Source: Bispira polyomma
Taxonomy: Eukaryota
Assembly: GCA_965649765.1 (NCBI GenBank)
Contig: OZ287756.1
Span: 62,868,001-62,932,000 of the forward strand
Direction of reading: 5' to 3'
DNA: 64,000 nt
The notes under the pieces are model-generated. The model saw nothing but the letters and a program-made list of their open reading frames with translations. It had not been told where the DNA came from and ran no database searches. A program made the translations under genes and the position numbers. This document shows positions 51,325 through 61,367 of this stretch, piece after piece. How positions within the stretch are numbered: position 1 is the first letter of the stretch; each line of letters begins with the position of its first letter.

Positions 51325-53724
51325 CTATATAAGTGAGTTAACTTTTAATAAACTCTGGCAAGCAGGCAGCCACTGGACAGCCCCAGCTAACCTAAATAAC
51401 GACAAATGGTTGGCTTCAGTTTCAGTCCATCTTGACAGCAGATCTGCAATTTTATTTTCTTTACCCAACACATGTATGACAACAATATCAATATTAAACT
51501 TGCTAGCTAACATGTATATGTTCCTGGAATACGTGGCTAAGTCCGGATCTCTGGTGCGCCCTGTCTGTAAAACACTTACAACTGCCTGATTATCACATCT
51601 GACCAATATTCTACGACCTCTCCATTTATGAATCCACAATTTAAGAGCTACCAGGATGTTAAGCATCTCCAAAGAAGCAATATTGAGCTCACTCATTTCT
51701 GGAGGAATTTTAATTTGGTACACTTGTTTCTCAAAAATACCCCCCATTCCAGTAAGGCAGGCATCTAATTCAATCTCACCAGTTATGGGCTTAGGCATGA
51801 AAAAAGAAACTCCATTGAACTGTTCTGCAAAAGTGGTGAACCAGTTTAAGTCACGCCTGAATGCAGGGGTGATGGTAATGTACTTTCTGGCGTAATTATC
51901 TCTTAACAACTCGAGCATCCTATTCAAAAAAACACGAGCATACTTTACACATTTAGAAATATATAATAACAAGCCAAGTAAAGACTGGAGCTCTCTCTTA
52001 GTGCAAAATTTCTTAGATCTCCATTCCTGACACTTATCTTTAATTTCACTTAATTTTTCAACCGGGATGGAGGTAGTACCTCGAATGGTATCCACTACTA
52101 TTCCCAGGCAGACAACCTGTGTGCTGGGAGGAACCAATTTTTTCTGACTTACTGTCAACCCCAATTCTTGCAGCAATTCTTGCAATCTAAGGAAAGTTTT
52201 TTGAATTTTGCTGGGAACCGAAAGAGCCAAAAAATCGTCGATGTAGTTGTGGACATTATGATTTTCAGAGTGCATTATGAATCGCACGGCATCCGAAATT
52301 CTCTGAAAAATCGTGCTACCATTACGATATCCGAACGGCAGAGATCTGTCCACATAATAGGACTTCCACTTTAGACCTAGGAGGTCCACGTGGCCAGGGT
52401 CAATGGGTACGTGACGGAAAGCCCTACTTATGTCGACCTTAAATATCTGACATCCTCTACCCAATTTTACCACCTCACTAGTGAGATTATCAATAGATGG
52501 GTAAGACAATAAAAATTCAACACCCAAGAAAGATGACGGAGATGCTCCCGCATTAACCGACCCCCCTTGAGGCCAACTCAAGTCTACGATTACTCTCCGG
52601 TTGATTGAATTCGGTTTGTGTCTCGTCATAAGGGGGGAACAATGCAAGCCCGGAATAGGAGGTTTGACAAATGGCCCTAACATGGCTCCTAACTCACATT
52701 CTTCTCGCATATAAGCTTCTACATGCTGGGGATGTTCCTCCGCCGACTTATGATTAATCTCACTGGATTCGAGTTTTACTGAATGATCCACGTCTAGGGG
52801 AAATCCATACTTTATGAGGAGAGGCAATTGCCAATCCCAGTAATTTTTAAGGTATTTTTTCCAACTCTCGGGTCTTAATTGAGAGGGAACAGGGATTTGC
52901 AACCCTTCATAATTGTGTCTCCCATCAGCCCGAATTAAGTCATGCATTTCCAATATGGAAAGTTCGGGCCCTCCCCCACCATGATCTGCAATCTCACAGC
53001 CCAGAGCAGAGAGAGGCGTGAATCCATAAGGATATTGACTTTGAGCTTGCCATTTTCTGTAAGTAGGATTTGAGGCAGCCTTAACTAACAGGCCTTTCTT
53101 ATTTACTTTCTGCTTCAAAGCACAGGAGTATTTATCGGGACATTCGGAACTTTCCGGGCTATCTTCGGAAGCAGTTTTACTCCTCCCCTTGCCTCGGTTC
53201 ATGGGCTTGTCACTAGTAACAGAAAGGAAGCAAACGGGCTCTTCAATCTTTACACTATCATCGACCGGCAGCGACATTAAAGCTGCATACTTGTTAGCAA
53301 GAGGGAGGTCAGCCACACCCCCATTGACCCGCTGCGCTTCGCCCCCATTCAATCTCGAACAATTGACCTCCTTTGTTCTCACCTTGTCTTGTTTCGCACA
53401 CAAGTCCGGCTTCACAATGGGTGTCAATTGGCTCACAGAGGTACCAAAGGGCCTCACCAAGGTGTCACTTTTATTAGGTAATACATTCACCTTACTCTTG
53501 TCAAGCCTTGCCTGTTTTAGCTGTACATAATTAATACTTCTATTTACACACCCATACTTTTGAACGGGGCCATTCTTTTGCAACGCCTGGCTATAGCTCA
53601 AGCCTGGCCTGGTGCCCTTCACATATTGACACATTTTCTGACACACAGACCTCTCAAATAACTGTACATCCTTAAACTTAGTGTTATAAACAAACCTACT
53701 TTTTCGCTCACCCCTTTTAGCCAC
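51325..53724 (-). CDS. pol: Ngaro Pol: reverse transcriptase + RNase H
   Basis: RVIVDLSWP, KVDISRAFRHVP, LPFG, YIDDFL, LGI; RNase H DAC..GMGG, NIASLE, CDNQAVV, GKENKIADLLSR. The frame opens without an ATG (GTG listed). Confidence 0.96.
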   Translation of the reverse strand: MAKRGERKSRFVYNTKFKDVQLFERSVCQKMCQYVKGTRPGLSYSQALQKNGPVQKYGCVNRSINYVQLKQARLDKSKVNVLPNKSDTLVRPFGTSVSQLTPIVKPDLCAKQDKVRTKEVNCSRLNGGEAQRVNGGVADLPLANKYAALMSLPVDDSVKIEEPVCFLSVTSDKPMNRGKGRSKTASEDSPESSECPDKYSCALKQKVNKKGLLVKAASNPTYRKWQAQSQYPYGFTPLSALGCEIADHGGGGPELSILEMHDLIRADGRHNYEGLQIPVPSQLRPESWKKYLKNYWDWQLPLLIKYGFPLDVDHSVKLESSEINHKSAEEHPQHVEAYMREECELGAMLGPFVKPPIPGLHCSPLMTRHKPNSINRRVIVDLSWPQGGSVNAGASPSSFLGVEFLLSYPSIDNLTSEVVKLGRGCQIFKVDISRAFRHVPIDPGHVDLLGLKWKSYYVDRSLPFGYRNGSTIFQRISDAVRFIMHSENHNVHNYIDDFLALSVPSKIQKTFLRLQELLQELGLTVSQKKLVPPSTQVVCLGIVVDTIRGTTSIPVEKLSEIKDKCQEWRSKKFCTKRELQSLLGLLLYISKCVKYARVFLNRMLELLRDNYARKYITITPAFRRDLNWFTTFAEQFNGVSFFMPKPITGEIELDACLTGMGGIFEKQVYQIKIPPEMSELNIASLEMLNILVALKLWIHKWRGRRILVRCDNQAVVSVLQTGRTRDPDLATYSRNIYMLASKFNIDIVVIHVLGKENKIADLLSRWTETEANHLSLFRLAGAVQWLPACQSLLKVNSLI

Positions 53725-53754
53725 TGCATCTACGCAGTGGCCCCTCAGTTTTTT
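53720..53754 (-). promoter_or_regulatory. Predicted -1 programmed ribosomal frameshift signal (A_AAA_AAC + stem-loop)
   Basis: Sense: GCA AAA AAC TGA GGG GCCACTGC-GTAGAT-GCAGTGGC. The -1 frame runs without a stop into pol (KLRGHCVDAVAKRGERK). Confidence 0.75.
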
Positions 53755-54815
53755 GCCCCTTTCTTATGACATTCACTAGTCTTATGGCTGCCCTCGCACG
53801 TCTCGCAATGATGTCTATAGAACTGACCTCCAGTATTGTGCGAGCTGGGAAATCTACAATTTCCTTCCTGATAAAAGCGACAAGACATTGCACCTTTGCG
53901 ACCGCCAGATTTACTGCTACTAAAGTTACCCAGCCGTCCACTAACCCCAGAGGCATTTCTACTGTTCGACACATGGCGCTGAGCATGGGCTCTTCGAATT
54001 CGATCCATTTTATCTACCTCTAGCCAACCTAGCTTATCCATCTCCATGCTGGTCAATACGACTGCATGGCAGGCCTTAGCTGACTCCCAAGAGAAATCCT
54101 GGGCGTCCTCCATAAGACCCCCCATGTAATCAAGCATGGCATTCTTCACTTCGCTCGACTTTTCTTCGTGAGCGATCCGAGCGAAACCACACACCCATTG
54201 CAACACGGTTAACTCATCGTAGGTAGGCCGAGACTTCGAACTACCCGTCAGCACATAATTTTGAGGCCAGGCGGTGACCTTCTTTACCAATACCTCATTC
54301 GCCCCACTACGCTGGGATTTCAGTTTACCTTGCGAGGTGGTTTCATTCAACGTTTTCAGATCTTTCAATCTCTGCTCCACTTGGAGCTGTATTAGGGCAT
54401 TCTGGTTTAAAAATTCCATGGCAGGAATTATACTGTCGGACGTAGCGATAGATGGGCTTTTACCTACGTCAGCAGAGCAACTAGCAGGCCTGACAACACT
54501 AGAATTCAACAAACTATTACTTGCCTGAACGGGGACCTGATGACTTGCCTGACTACTGGTAAGGTTCGCCGCCAATGCTGCCTCATTCCTCTGAACCCGC
54601 TGGTCCATTTTGACCATTAATTCATTCATCGAGTGCAGTTGAAGTAATATAGCGTTGGTAACTGTATCGCCTGACTCACCGTTCGCGGGTTCAGTGGCTG
54701 AAGCAGCATCGATCTCCTCCCCAGAGACAGAGTCAGAAACTTCTGTAATAACGCAATTTCGCCCGACAGGACGCTCATGTTTGGTTAAGCAGCGACTACA
54801 ATCATAGACAGGCAT
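53745..54815 (-). CDS. gag: Ngaro Gag-like ORF1 with N-terminal CxxC..H..C and C-terminal CCCH/CCHC zinc fingers
   Basis: MPVYDCSRCLTKHERPVGRNC; WPQ..V; YDEL...QWV.G; FSWESAKACHAVVL; CRFYQEGNC....H....HHCETC...H....C. First ATG at 54815. Confidence 0.92.
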   Translation of the reverse strand: MPVYDCSRCLTKHERPVGRNCVITEVSDSVSGEEIDAASATEPANGESGDTVTNAILLQLHSMNELMVKMDQRVQRNEAALAANLTSSQASHQVPVQASNSLLNSSVVRPASCSADVGKSPSIATSDSIIPAMEFLNQNALIQLQVEQRLKDLKTLNETTSQGKLKSQRSGANEVLVKKVTAWPQNYVLTGSSKSRPTYDELTVLQWVCGFARIAHEEKSSEVKNAMLDYMGGLMEDAQDFSWESAKACHAVVLTSMEMDKLGWLEVDKMDRIRRAHAQRHVSNSRNASGVSGRLGNFSSSKSGGRKGAMSCRFYQEGNCRFPSSHNTGGQFYRHHCETCEGSHKTSECHKKGAKN

Positions 54816-54898
54816 GACTAGATGGTGTTTCAACTAAAATATTGTAAATTATAAAACATACACCATAAACAAAATGTAAACAAAATGTCACCCAAACA

Positions 54899-55051
54899 GA
54901 ATTTTAAACTAGTTGTTGCTCTGCTGACGAAACGATAAAGGCGGGAGAATTTGAAAAGGAGAGCCTTATATAGTCGTACACCATCCCATAATAGTAGAAC
55001 AGGCTGGGCCCCCAGAACTGAGGCCACGAACGCTGAGGGCGTTCGCTTACA
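54899..55051 (-). repeat. Ngaro repeat A1 with TATA-like box (TATATAA, 54966-54972) and terminal hairpin
   Basis: Identical by eye to 49694-49846. Confidence 0.97.
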
Positions 55052-55384
55052 AACTTGCCAAATTAAGTTTATAGTCACTTGTATAGAATTTTGAACACAC
55101 AAAATTTAGTTCTTGGGAACATTAGGATCCATAGCTATTGTAAAGTGTATTCCTAAAACTGGGCATGGCCTCTTAATTGTATTTGCTGAATTGTAACACA
55201 GGAGGCTAAACAAAAAAATCCAAATTTTGGACAAGTGAATATTATGTAAATTGTTATATATGAGATTAATACAAGTTTTAAAAAATTATTTTTGTATTTG
55301 TTGTCCATCAGACTTTTAAACAATATTCAAAAGCCAGATACACTTCCGTCAATACAACAAACTCAAAGAATGACACACAAAGTT

Positions 55385-55416
<32 letters not shown>

Positions 55417-55659
55417 TTTGGACTCACTAGAAATAAGAATGTGGCCCCTGAAAAGGCTTTGCTGACTTAGAGTAAAAGTAACACCCACAACCTTTTACTC
55501 TGATATGGGTGAGACTGACTTTAATTATAATAATTATGATTTGATATGGCGCAGTTATGAACATCACTGCTATCTAATGCACTGTGACATTATTACCCCA
55601 GCCTGGTCTCTTCCACTTGTCAACTCATTGTTTAGTCTCAGCTTCCTCAGGAAGCATAC

Positions 55660-55850
55660 TTGCTGTGTTGCACCAAGACCAAACATCCATTAACGGTCAG
55701 GTACCCATTTATACACCTGGGTAGAGAGAGAGACAACTTTGTGTAAAGTGCCTTGTCCAAGGGTACAATCACCAGGCCAGCAGCAAGGATTGGACCAGGA
55801 CCTTCACATCCAAAATTCTGACACTCTAACCGCTTGGCCAAAGAGACCAC
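55660..55850 (-). mobile_element. tRNA-derived CORE-like SINE
   Basis: Minus strand reads tggccaagcggttagagtg (A-box region)...cccttggacaaggcactttacac...ctctacccaggtgtataaatgggtacc. Confidence 0.7.
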
Positions 55851-56915
55851 TTTAGGTGAGTTCACACAAGAAGAAAGTAATCAGAGAGGCTCTGGGTTAA
55901 GAAAGAAATGAATAAAAAAATCAGCACACGACTTATAGCGGTTGGCAAGGAATATTTAAGTAGGAGTTGTCAATAAAAATGAACACCTTGGGTGGGGGGA
56001 ATATGGAGGGGGTTTAAACTATTAAATGAAGCATATTCTGTGTTCTTATTTATAGGTGGCTGGACGTTAATAACTTGTACTCTATTTTCAATGAGAGAAC
56101 GCCATAATGTATCTGTTAACCTACTAAAATTACACAGAATATAATAATTAAAACATTTATAAAGTGCCAAATTGATGAGAACATCTTCTCAGCCGCTGAT
56201 ATACAAAAAGGAAAATTAAAGGGGAAACCATGTTGTTACCATAAAGCATCCAGCAAGGGAAGGGTGGCTAAGGAGGATGGGGGGGGGGGGGTGCAGCCTT
56301 AAAAGGTCAGTTTTCGGAAACTAGTGATTTTATCCTGTGATCTGACAGTGTGTGGGAGTTTGTTCCGTTCAAAATGTGGACCAACGGCTAAGCAACGCCT
56401 GTCGATTTTTCCCGGGTAAGACTACTAGATTTGAGGAGTGAGGACATTTATACTTGTATATTTGTGTTTTCTATATATCCCATTTAACATCAGGTGCAGC
56501 CTGATGTGCTTTTTAGTCTGAAAAGAGTGCCGCCGTTGAAAAGGGCACTGCCATAATATGTGAGGCCTTCATGGATTGATTGGACGGAATCGACCTGTCC
56601 AAACAGAGGGGAGTGTCAAAGTTGTCTGAGTCTATATCTGGCCATATCAACGTTAGTGTATTTTAAAATGTGCCACCTGTGTCTTTTTCAAAAAGACAAC
56701 TCTAGTTTTGTGATACTTTCCAATGACATGAATCAGTATACACTTTTATCAATTGCCAACCTCCCCCCCCCCCCCCCCCCCAAGTACAATCTCATTTCTG
56801 TGAGTGACTGTACAATGCATTTTAGTAAATGAATTTGCCTAAGTAGTGGATCCTAATTTATCCATAGACATATTAGAAGTGAAAGTTAAAACTACATGTT
56901 AAAATACATGTAGAG

Positions 56916-57136
56916 TAAGGACTCTAAAATTGGCCACTGAATCTGAAATTCGCCACCTAGAAAATGTTGTGTTTTTGGAAGAATTGTGAGCAGTATTTGC
57001 TGAAATTTAGATTTTTGTGATTGTTTTGCCTAACTTATTCCAATTTCAGTTATATTTTGCCAGTTTTAATTGATTTAGCTTAAATTTTAGGGGTGGCGAA
57101 TTACAGATACAGTGGCCAATTTTAGGGGATTCCTTA
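56916..57136. mobile_element. MITE with about 42-bp TIRs
   Basis: ctaaaattggccactgaatctgaaattcgccacc / ggtggcgaattacagatacagtggccaattttag. Confidence 0.8.
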
Positions 57137-57430
57137 GTGTATGTACACATGTATGCGGCTCCCGACGTCAGACATCCGATTTGCGACTGTGATTTTTTCT
57201 TCCCTACATATTTTTTATTTATTTGTTCATATGTGTCAGACTGCGAATTGCGACGCGCGATCTGCGATTCGCTCCAGGACCGAAAAAATCGGATGAGAAT
57301 ATAAAATCACACTGTTTAAGGTGATAATTCAATAGTAAGGGGGAGGGGGGCGGCGTGGGGGGAGAGGGGGGACGTTGGAGGGGGGGCTGTATATTGTACT
57401 TCGCAAGCTGCATACATGTGTACATACACT
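57136..57430. mobile_element. MITE family C copy 1 (Harbinger-like TIR agtgtatgtacacatgtatgc)
   Basis: agtgtatgtacacatgtatgcggct / agctgcatacatgtgtacatacact. Confidence 0.85.
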
Positions 57431-58767
57431 AACTCTACATCTATCATGTGAATATTACACAATTTACAACTTACTTTACATGTATACACATACAGGAACT
57501 AGCCGTATATAGGATTTTCACTAACTTGAATTTTTAGTTGAAGTTACAAGTAAGTGTATTTTTGAGAATACCAAATCCAAGTAAATCCGAAATATATCTT
57601 GTCAGATGAAAAATCACACTTAATTACCATTTGAAGTAAGTGCACAAATAATCACTTGTCCAAGAAGGCCACCCCTGCGACACGAACAAGGGAAAAATAA
57701 ATTCACCCACTTTCCAAAATAAGTGAATTTCTTCAAAAGTTTTCCTTAAAAATGGTATTCTCAAAACAAGTGAAAAACTCTATTTACTGAAGTTTCACTA
57801 AGAATCCAAGTTAAGAAAGAAATGTCAAAAGGTACACAATCTGCTCACTTGAAATCTTGAAAGTTTTTTCTACAAAGTATGTAATTTTTCCTTTGTGAAT
57901 ACCACTTGGATTTAAGTTAGTAAAAAAAAAAAAAACAAATACTTAAAATCTAGGTTGGAGAATTCGAATTTCACTTGTTTGTGATTACCTGGTCGTCTGT
58001 ATCCGGGAAGTGAATAATTTACAGGAAAAAAATACCCTCTCATGTACAAGTGCATACATGTACAGTAAACTGAAGTACTGAAACAGTGATGATAACAAGA
58101 TGACATATATATGTATGTGTAAACATAGACACATTTCAAGAGGCTTTTAGTGAAAGGGATATATACGTACAAAGGATTGCTGCTACAATTGATCACAATA
58201 CATCGAAAGAAAAAAATATCAAGGTCAACTTCAGCTGAAAATAAATCTCTACCAGAAAGTAAATATCTATTTAAAAACAAGGTGATATTTTGGTGATAAG
58301 GATGCACTGGGGAAAGATACTAAAGTAGGTACAACTGCCGTATCTGGTTTATTAAGAGGCACAGCAAGTTGTGAAGGCTCAGCGGATCCAGCCACAAAGT
58401 TTTTGGACTATAAAAAGGTGTCCACTGTTAAAAAATAGGACACACTGGTGACATGAACTGGACTAAAACAAAAAGTGTTCATTCTGGAGAGGTGTTCACC
58501 GACATATGTTTTACTGGATTACAAGGTATGGAAGATTTAAATTATTTAAGACATGGGTAATGGTTATAATAAAATAATTGTTTATAGCCCATAATGTTGC
58601 TGGATCAGATTATTGGTTTTTTTTAAGCTGTTAAATTAATGTTAACTTTTTCTTGGAAATATTAATTTCAGTGTAATAATGGCATATACAGTGTTCAAAA
58701 CACTTTCATATTAGTTAACACTGGTTAATGTAATAAATTATGTATATGTTTTTTAAATTCTAGGCTA

Positions 58768-59080
58768 AGTGTATGTACACATGTATGCGGCTTGCAAAGT
58801 GCAATTTATGGCCCCCCTCCACTGCCCCCCTCTCCCCCCACGCCGCCCCCCCCCCCTCCCTTACTATTGAATTATCACCTTAAACAGTGAGATTTTATAC
58901 TCTCATCCAATTTTTTCGGTCCTGGAGTGAAAAGTTCGCATTCGGAAGCCGCAAATCGTCAGTCGCAATTCGCAGTCTGATACATGTGAACAAATAAACA
59001 AAATATATGAGGAGAGAAAAAAATCGCAGCCGCAAATCGGACGTCTGATGTCACAAGCCGCTTACATGTGTACATACACT
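58768..59080. mobile_element. MITE family C copy 2, inverted relative to copy 1
   Basis: Same TIRs; the interior is the reverse complement of 57160-57400. Confidence 0.85.
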
Positions 59081-59963
59081 TAAACTGTTTTCCAAAACTT
59101 AATTACAAGATGGCTAGAATGCCTCCATGCATACATTTATTTATATTAAATATAAATGGCTTTGTGTAATCCATCAGATACCCTAAAGTCCCACAATTTT
59201 AAGTTTAGTAAAGAAACTTTCTTCTGCTGGGCTCGTGCAGATCTTAAGATTAATAGTCAAATGCTTAAATGTTCAGCTAAAGGGGGAGGCCCCGGAAGTA
59301 TGAGTGTTTAATCTGCTGATATATACTGATATTACACACAATACAATCCAAATTACTATCTAAATATCATACAAACAAAATAACATACAACTACAACAGG
59401 ACCACATTTAGTTAGTGGCAGCACATTTGATATGTTAGGCTTTATAGTGAAGATGGAGTTAACCACGTTTACAGTCATTTTGAAGAAAACAACATAACAC
59501 AAATATAAAATTCTGCTTATAAAATTGAACATTTTTAATTTACAATTTTTGAGAAGTTCGCTGTAAATTATTTTTACTATCCCATCTTATTAGTGTAAAT
59601 AACTAAAATGAACTCACAGTTAAATTTTCACTAACAATAGTGACCTTAAATTTCACTATGAAAAGACAAAATTTTTACAACAATACACCAATTGACTTTG
59701 CATCTTGAATAGAATCATTTTAACTTGATTGCATCATATTATTTGTGATTTTCTAACTGAAATCAATGACAAATGCTTATTTATTTCAGAAAAAGAACAG
59801 AACATCTGTACTATTCATACACTACCACTCAAAAGCTACCAGGTCCAAGTATTATGGGATCACCAGAGGGTCAACATAACTACTGTTTAACAGGTGCAGA
59901 TAACACTTTAGGCCATATAAGCCTAGACCCTTGACCATTGTTTTTTTTTATAGACACCCGAAT

Positions 59964-61367
59964 ATGCCTCCTGTTAAAATAATAGTTGAGTCACTGTGTC
60001 ATTTTGCACTATGGATATCAAACACAATCTCCTTCATTGTTTTATACATTTTAAATCATATACTACAGCTCAGACCAAAACTGTCTCACCTTGCCCATAA
60101 GCTGCCTCAAGCATTACTGCCAAAAAAATGTCGGATTGCCAATTCGAAAACCAAGACCAACATGAAGCCTCCAAGACAAAAGAAGTTTGAGAAAAAAGAT
60201 CAAGGTGTTCACATTCTAGTTCACTGCACTGTAGTGCCTAGATCTCATAAATGCACCACTCAAAACTACTACAGGGAACTGGACTTCTGTGCGGACGTCT
60301 TCTTCACAGATTACTACACTGCCCATAAAGTACCTCACACGGAGAGGTTTAAATCTCTGCTGCGAGGTGACCAACTACCTCGACTGCTGTCCCACATGAC
60401 ACTGCCCCATATGTATGTGGCCTGGAGGGATGTGTTGTCTAGGCAAACCCTGGAGATTTTACTTGACCATGCCGAAAAAGCCCATCATCTGAACAATGAC
60501 CTTTACTTTCTGGCCGGGGTGGCCTGTATTAAGTGTCGCCTGTGTCTGGAGTCCAACTACAATGACAAGGCTATCAAGTACTGTGAAGAAGCGGAATCCT
60601 ATCTACTGAGTCTGGAAAACGGCTGGCAAAAAGCAGTGATATACTACACCGCCATTCTGACGCTACTCAGGAAGTCGCAGCTGTACAGAAACAACAGAAG
60701 GGAGTTTCTGTACGAGTGCATCGATGTGTTCAGGAAATGCATAGATTGCTTAATTACTGATCTCGACTGCAACCTCAGCATGCGGTATTACCGCCTAGCC
60801 ATGTTTATGATAGTCATCTGTATCAAGATTGACCTGTTTGTACATTCTTCAAAGCTGTCACACTGGAAGACCAGGACTTCGGCTTTGTTCATCTCAAAGC
60901 AGGAGGAAATTAATGCTATGCTTAAGGAAGCCAACGCCATGCACCAGGATCTACGCAGACAGCAGGCAGTTATATTGCAAAATAAATCCAAGTTCTGGCC
61001 GGAAACCCTGCAGAATATGAGACATTGCATAGAGAAATGCGAGAGATTAATGCTGGTCGTGCCTAAAACAAACATGGAATGTAACAGACTGAAGGAATGT
61101 GCTACACAGTATATACAGGTGATGATCAAAACACAGGGCCACTACTTGTATGAACACAATCTGGACGGAGGAGGAGGGGGGACTCTCTTTGGAGGGATCT
61201 CCAAAGGACTATCACTTGAAGTAGTCTCTGCTAAAACCTGGATCCCTGCTGACCTGGACAATAGCCCTGCAGCAACAGGATCTGATGCCACAACCAGCAA
61301 TTGGGATCACTTCTCGGGAACATCATCTGGGCATTCGCATTGGTCTGGTGGTGATGATGGTTTGTAG
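59964..61367 (+). CDS. Uncharacterised alpha-helical (TPR-like) protein, paralog 2, with hydrophobic N-terminal segment
   Basis: Acceptor (t)n-atag| at 59953 followed by ATG at 59964 (MPPVKII); homologous to 39014-40297; AATAAA at about 61464. Confidence 0.82.
   Translation: MPPVKIIVESLCHFALWISNTISFIVLYILNHILQLRPKLSHLAHKLPQALLPKKCRIANSKTKTNMKPPRQKKFEKKDQGVHILVHCTVVPRSHKCTTQNYYRELDFCADVFFTDYYTAHKVPHTERFKSLLRGDQLPRLLSHMTLPHMYVAWRDVLSRQTLEILLDHAEKAHHLNNDLYFLAGVACIKCRLCLESNYNDKAIKYCEEAESYLLSLENGWQKAVIYYTAILTLLRKSQLYRNNRREFLYECIDVFRKCIDCLITDLDCNLSMRYYRLAMFMIVICIKIDLFVHSSKLSHWKTRTSALFISKQEEINAMLKEANAMHQDLRRQQAVILQNKSKFWPETLQNMRHCIEKCERLMLVVPKTNMECNRLKECATQYIQVMIKTQGHYLYEHNLDGGGGGTLFGGISKGLSLEVVSAKTWIPADLDNSPAATGSDATTSNWDHFSGTSSGHSHWSGGDDGL

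Larger units (their letters stand above)
48510..55051 (-). mobile_element. Intact Ngaro-type tyrosine-recombinase retrotransposon (A1-gag-pol-YR-B1-A2-spacer-B2)
   Basis: Split direct repeats, three uninterrupted ORFs with catalytic motifs, no TSD, no integrase or protease. Confidence 0.97.
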
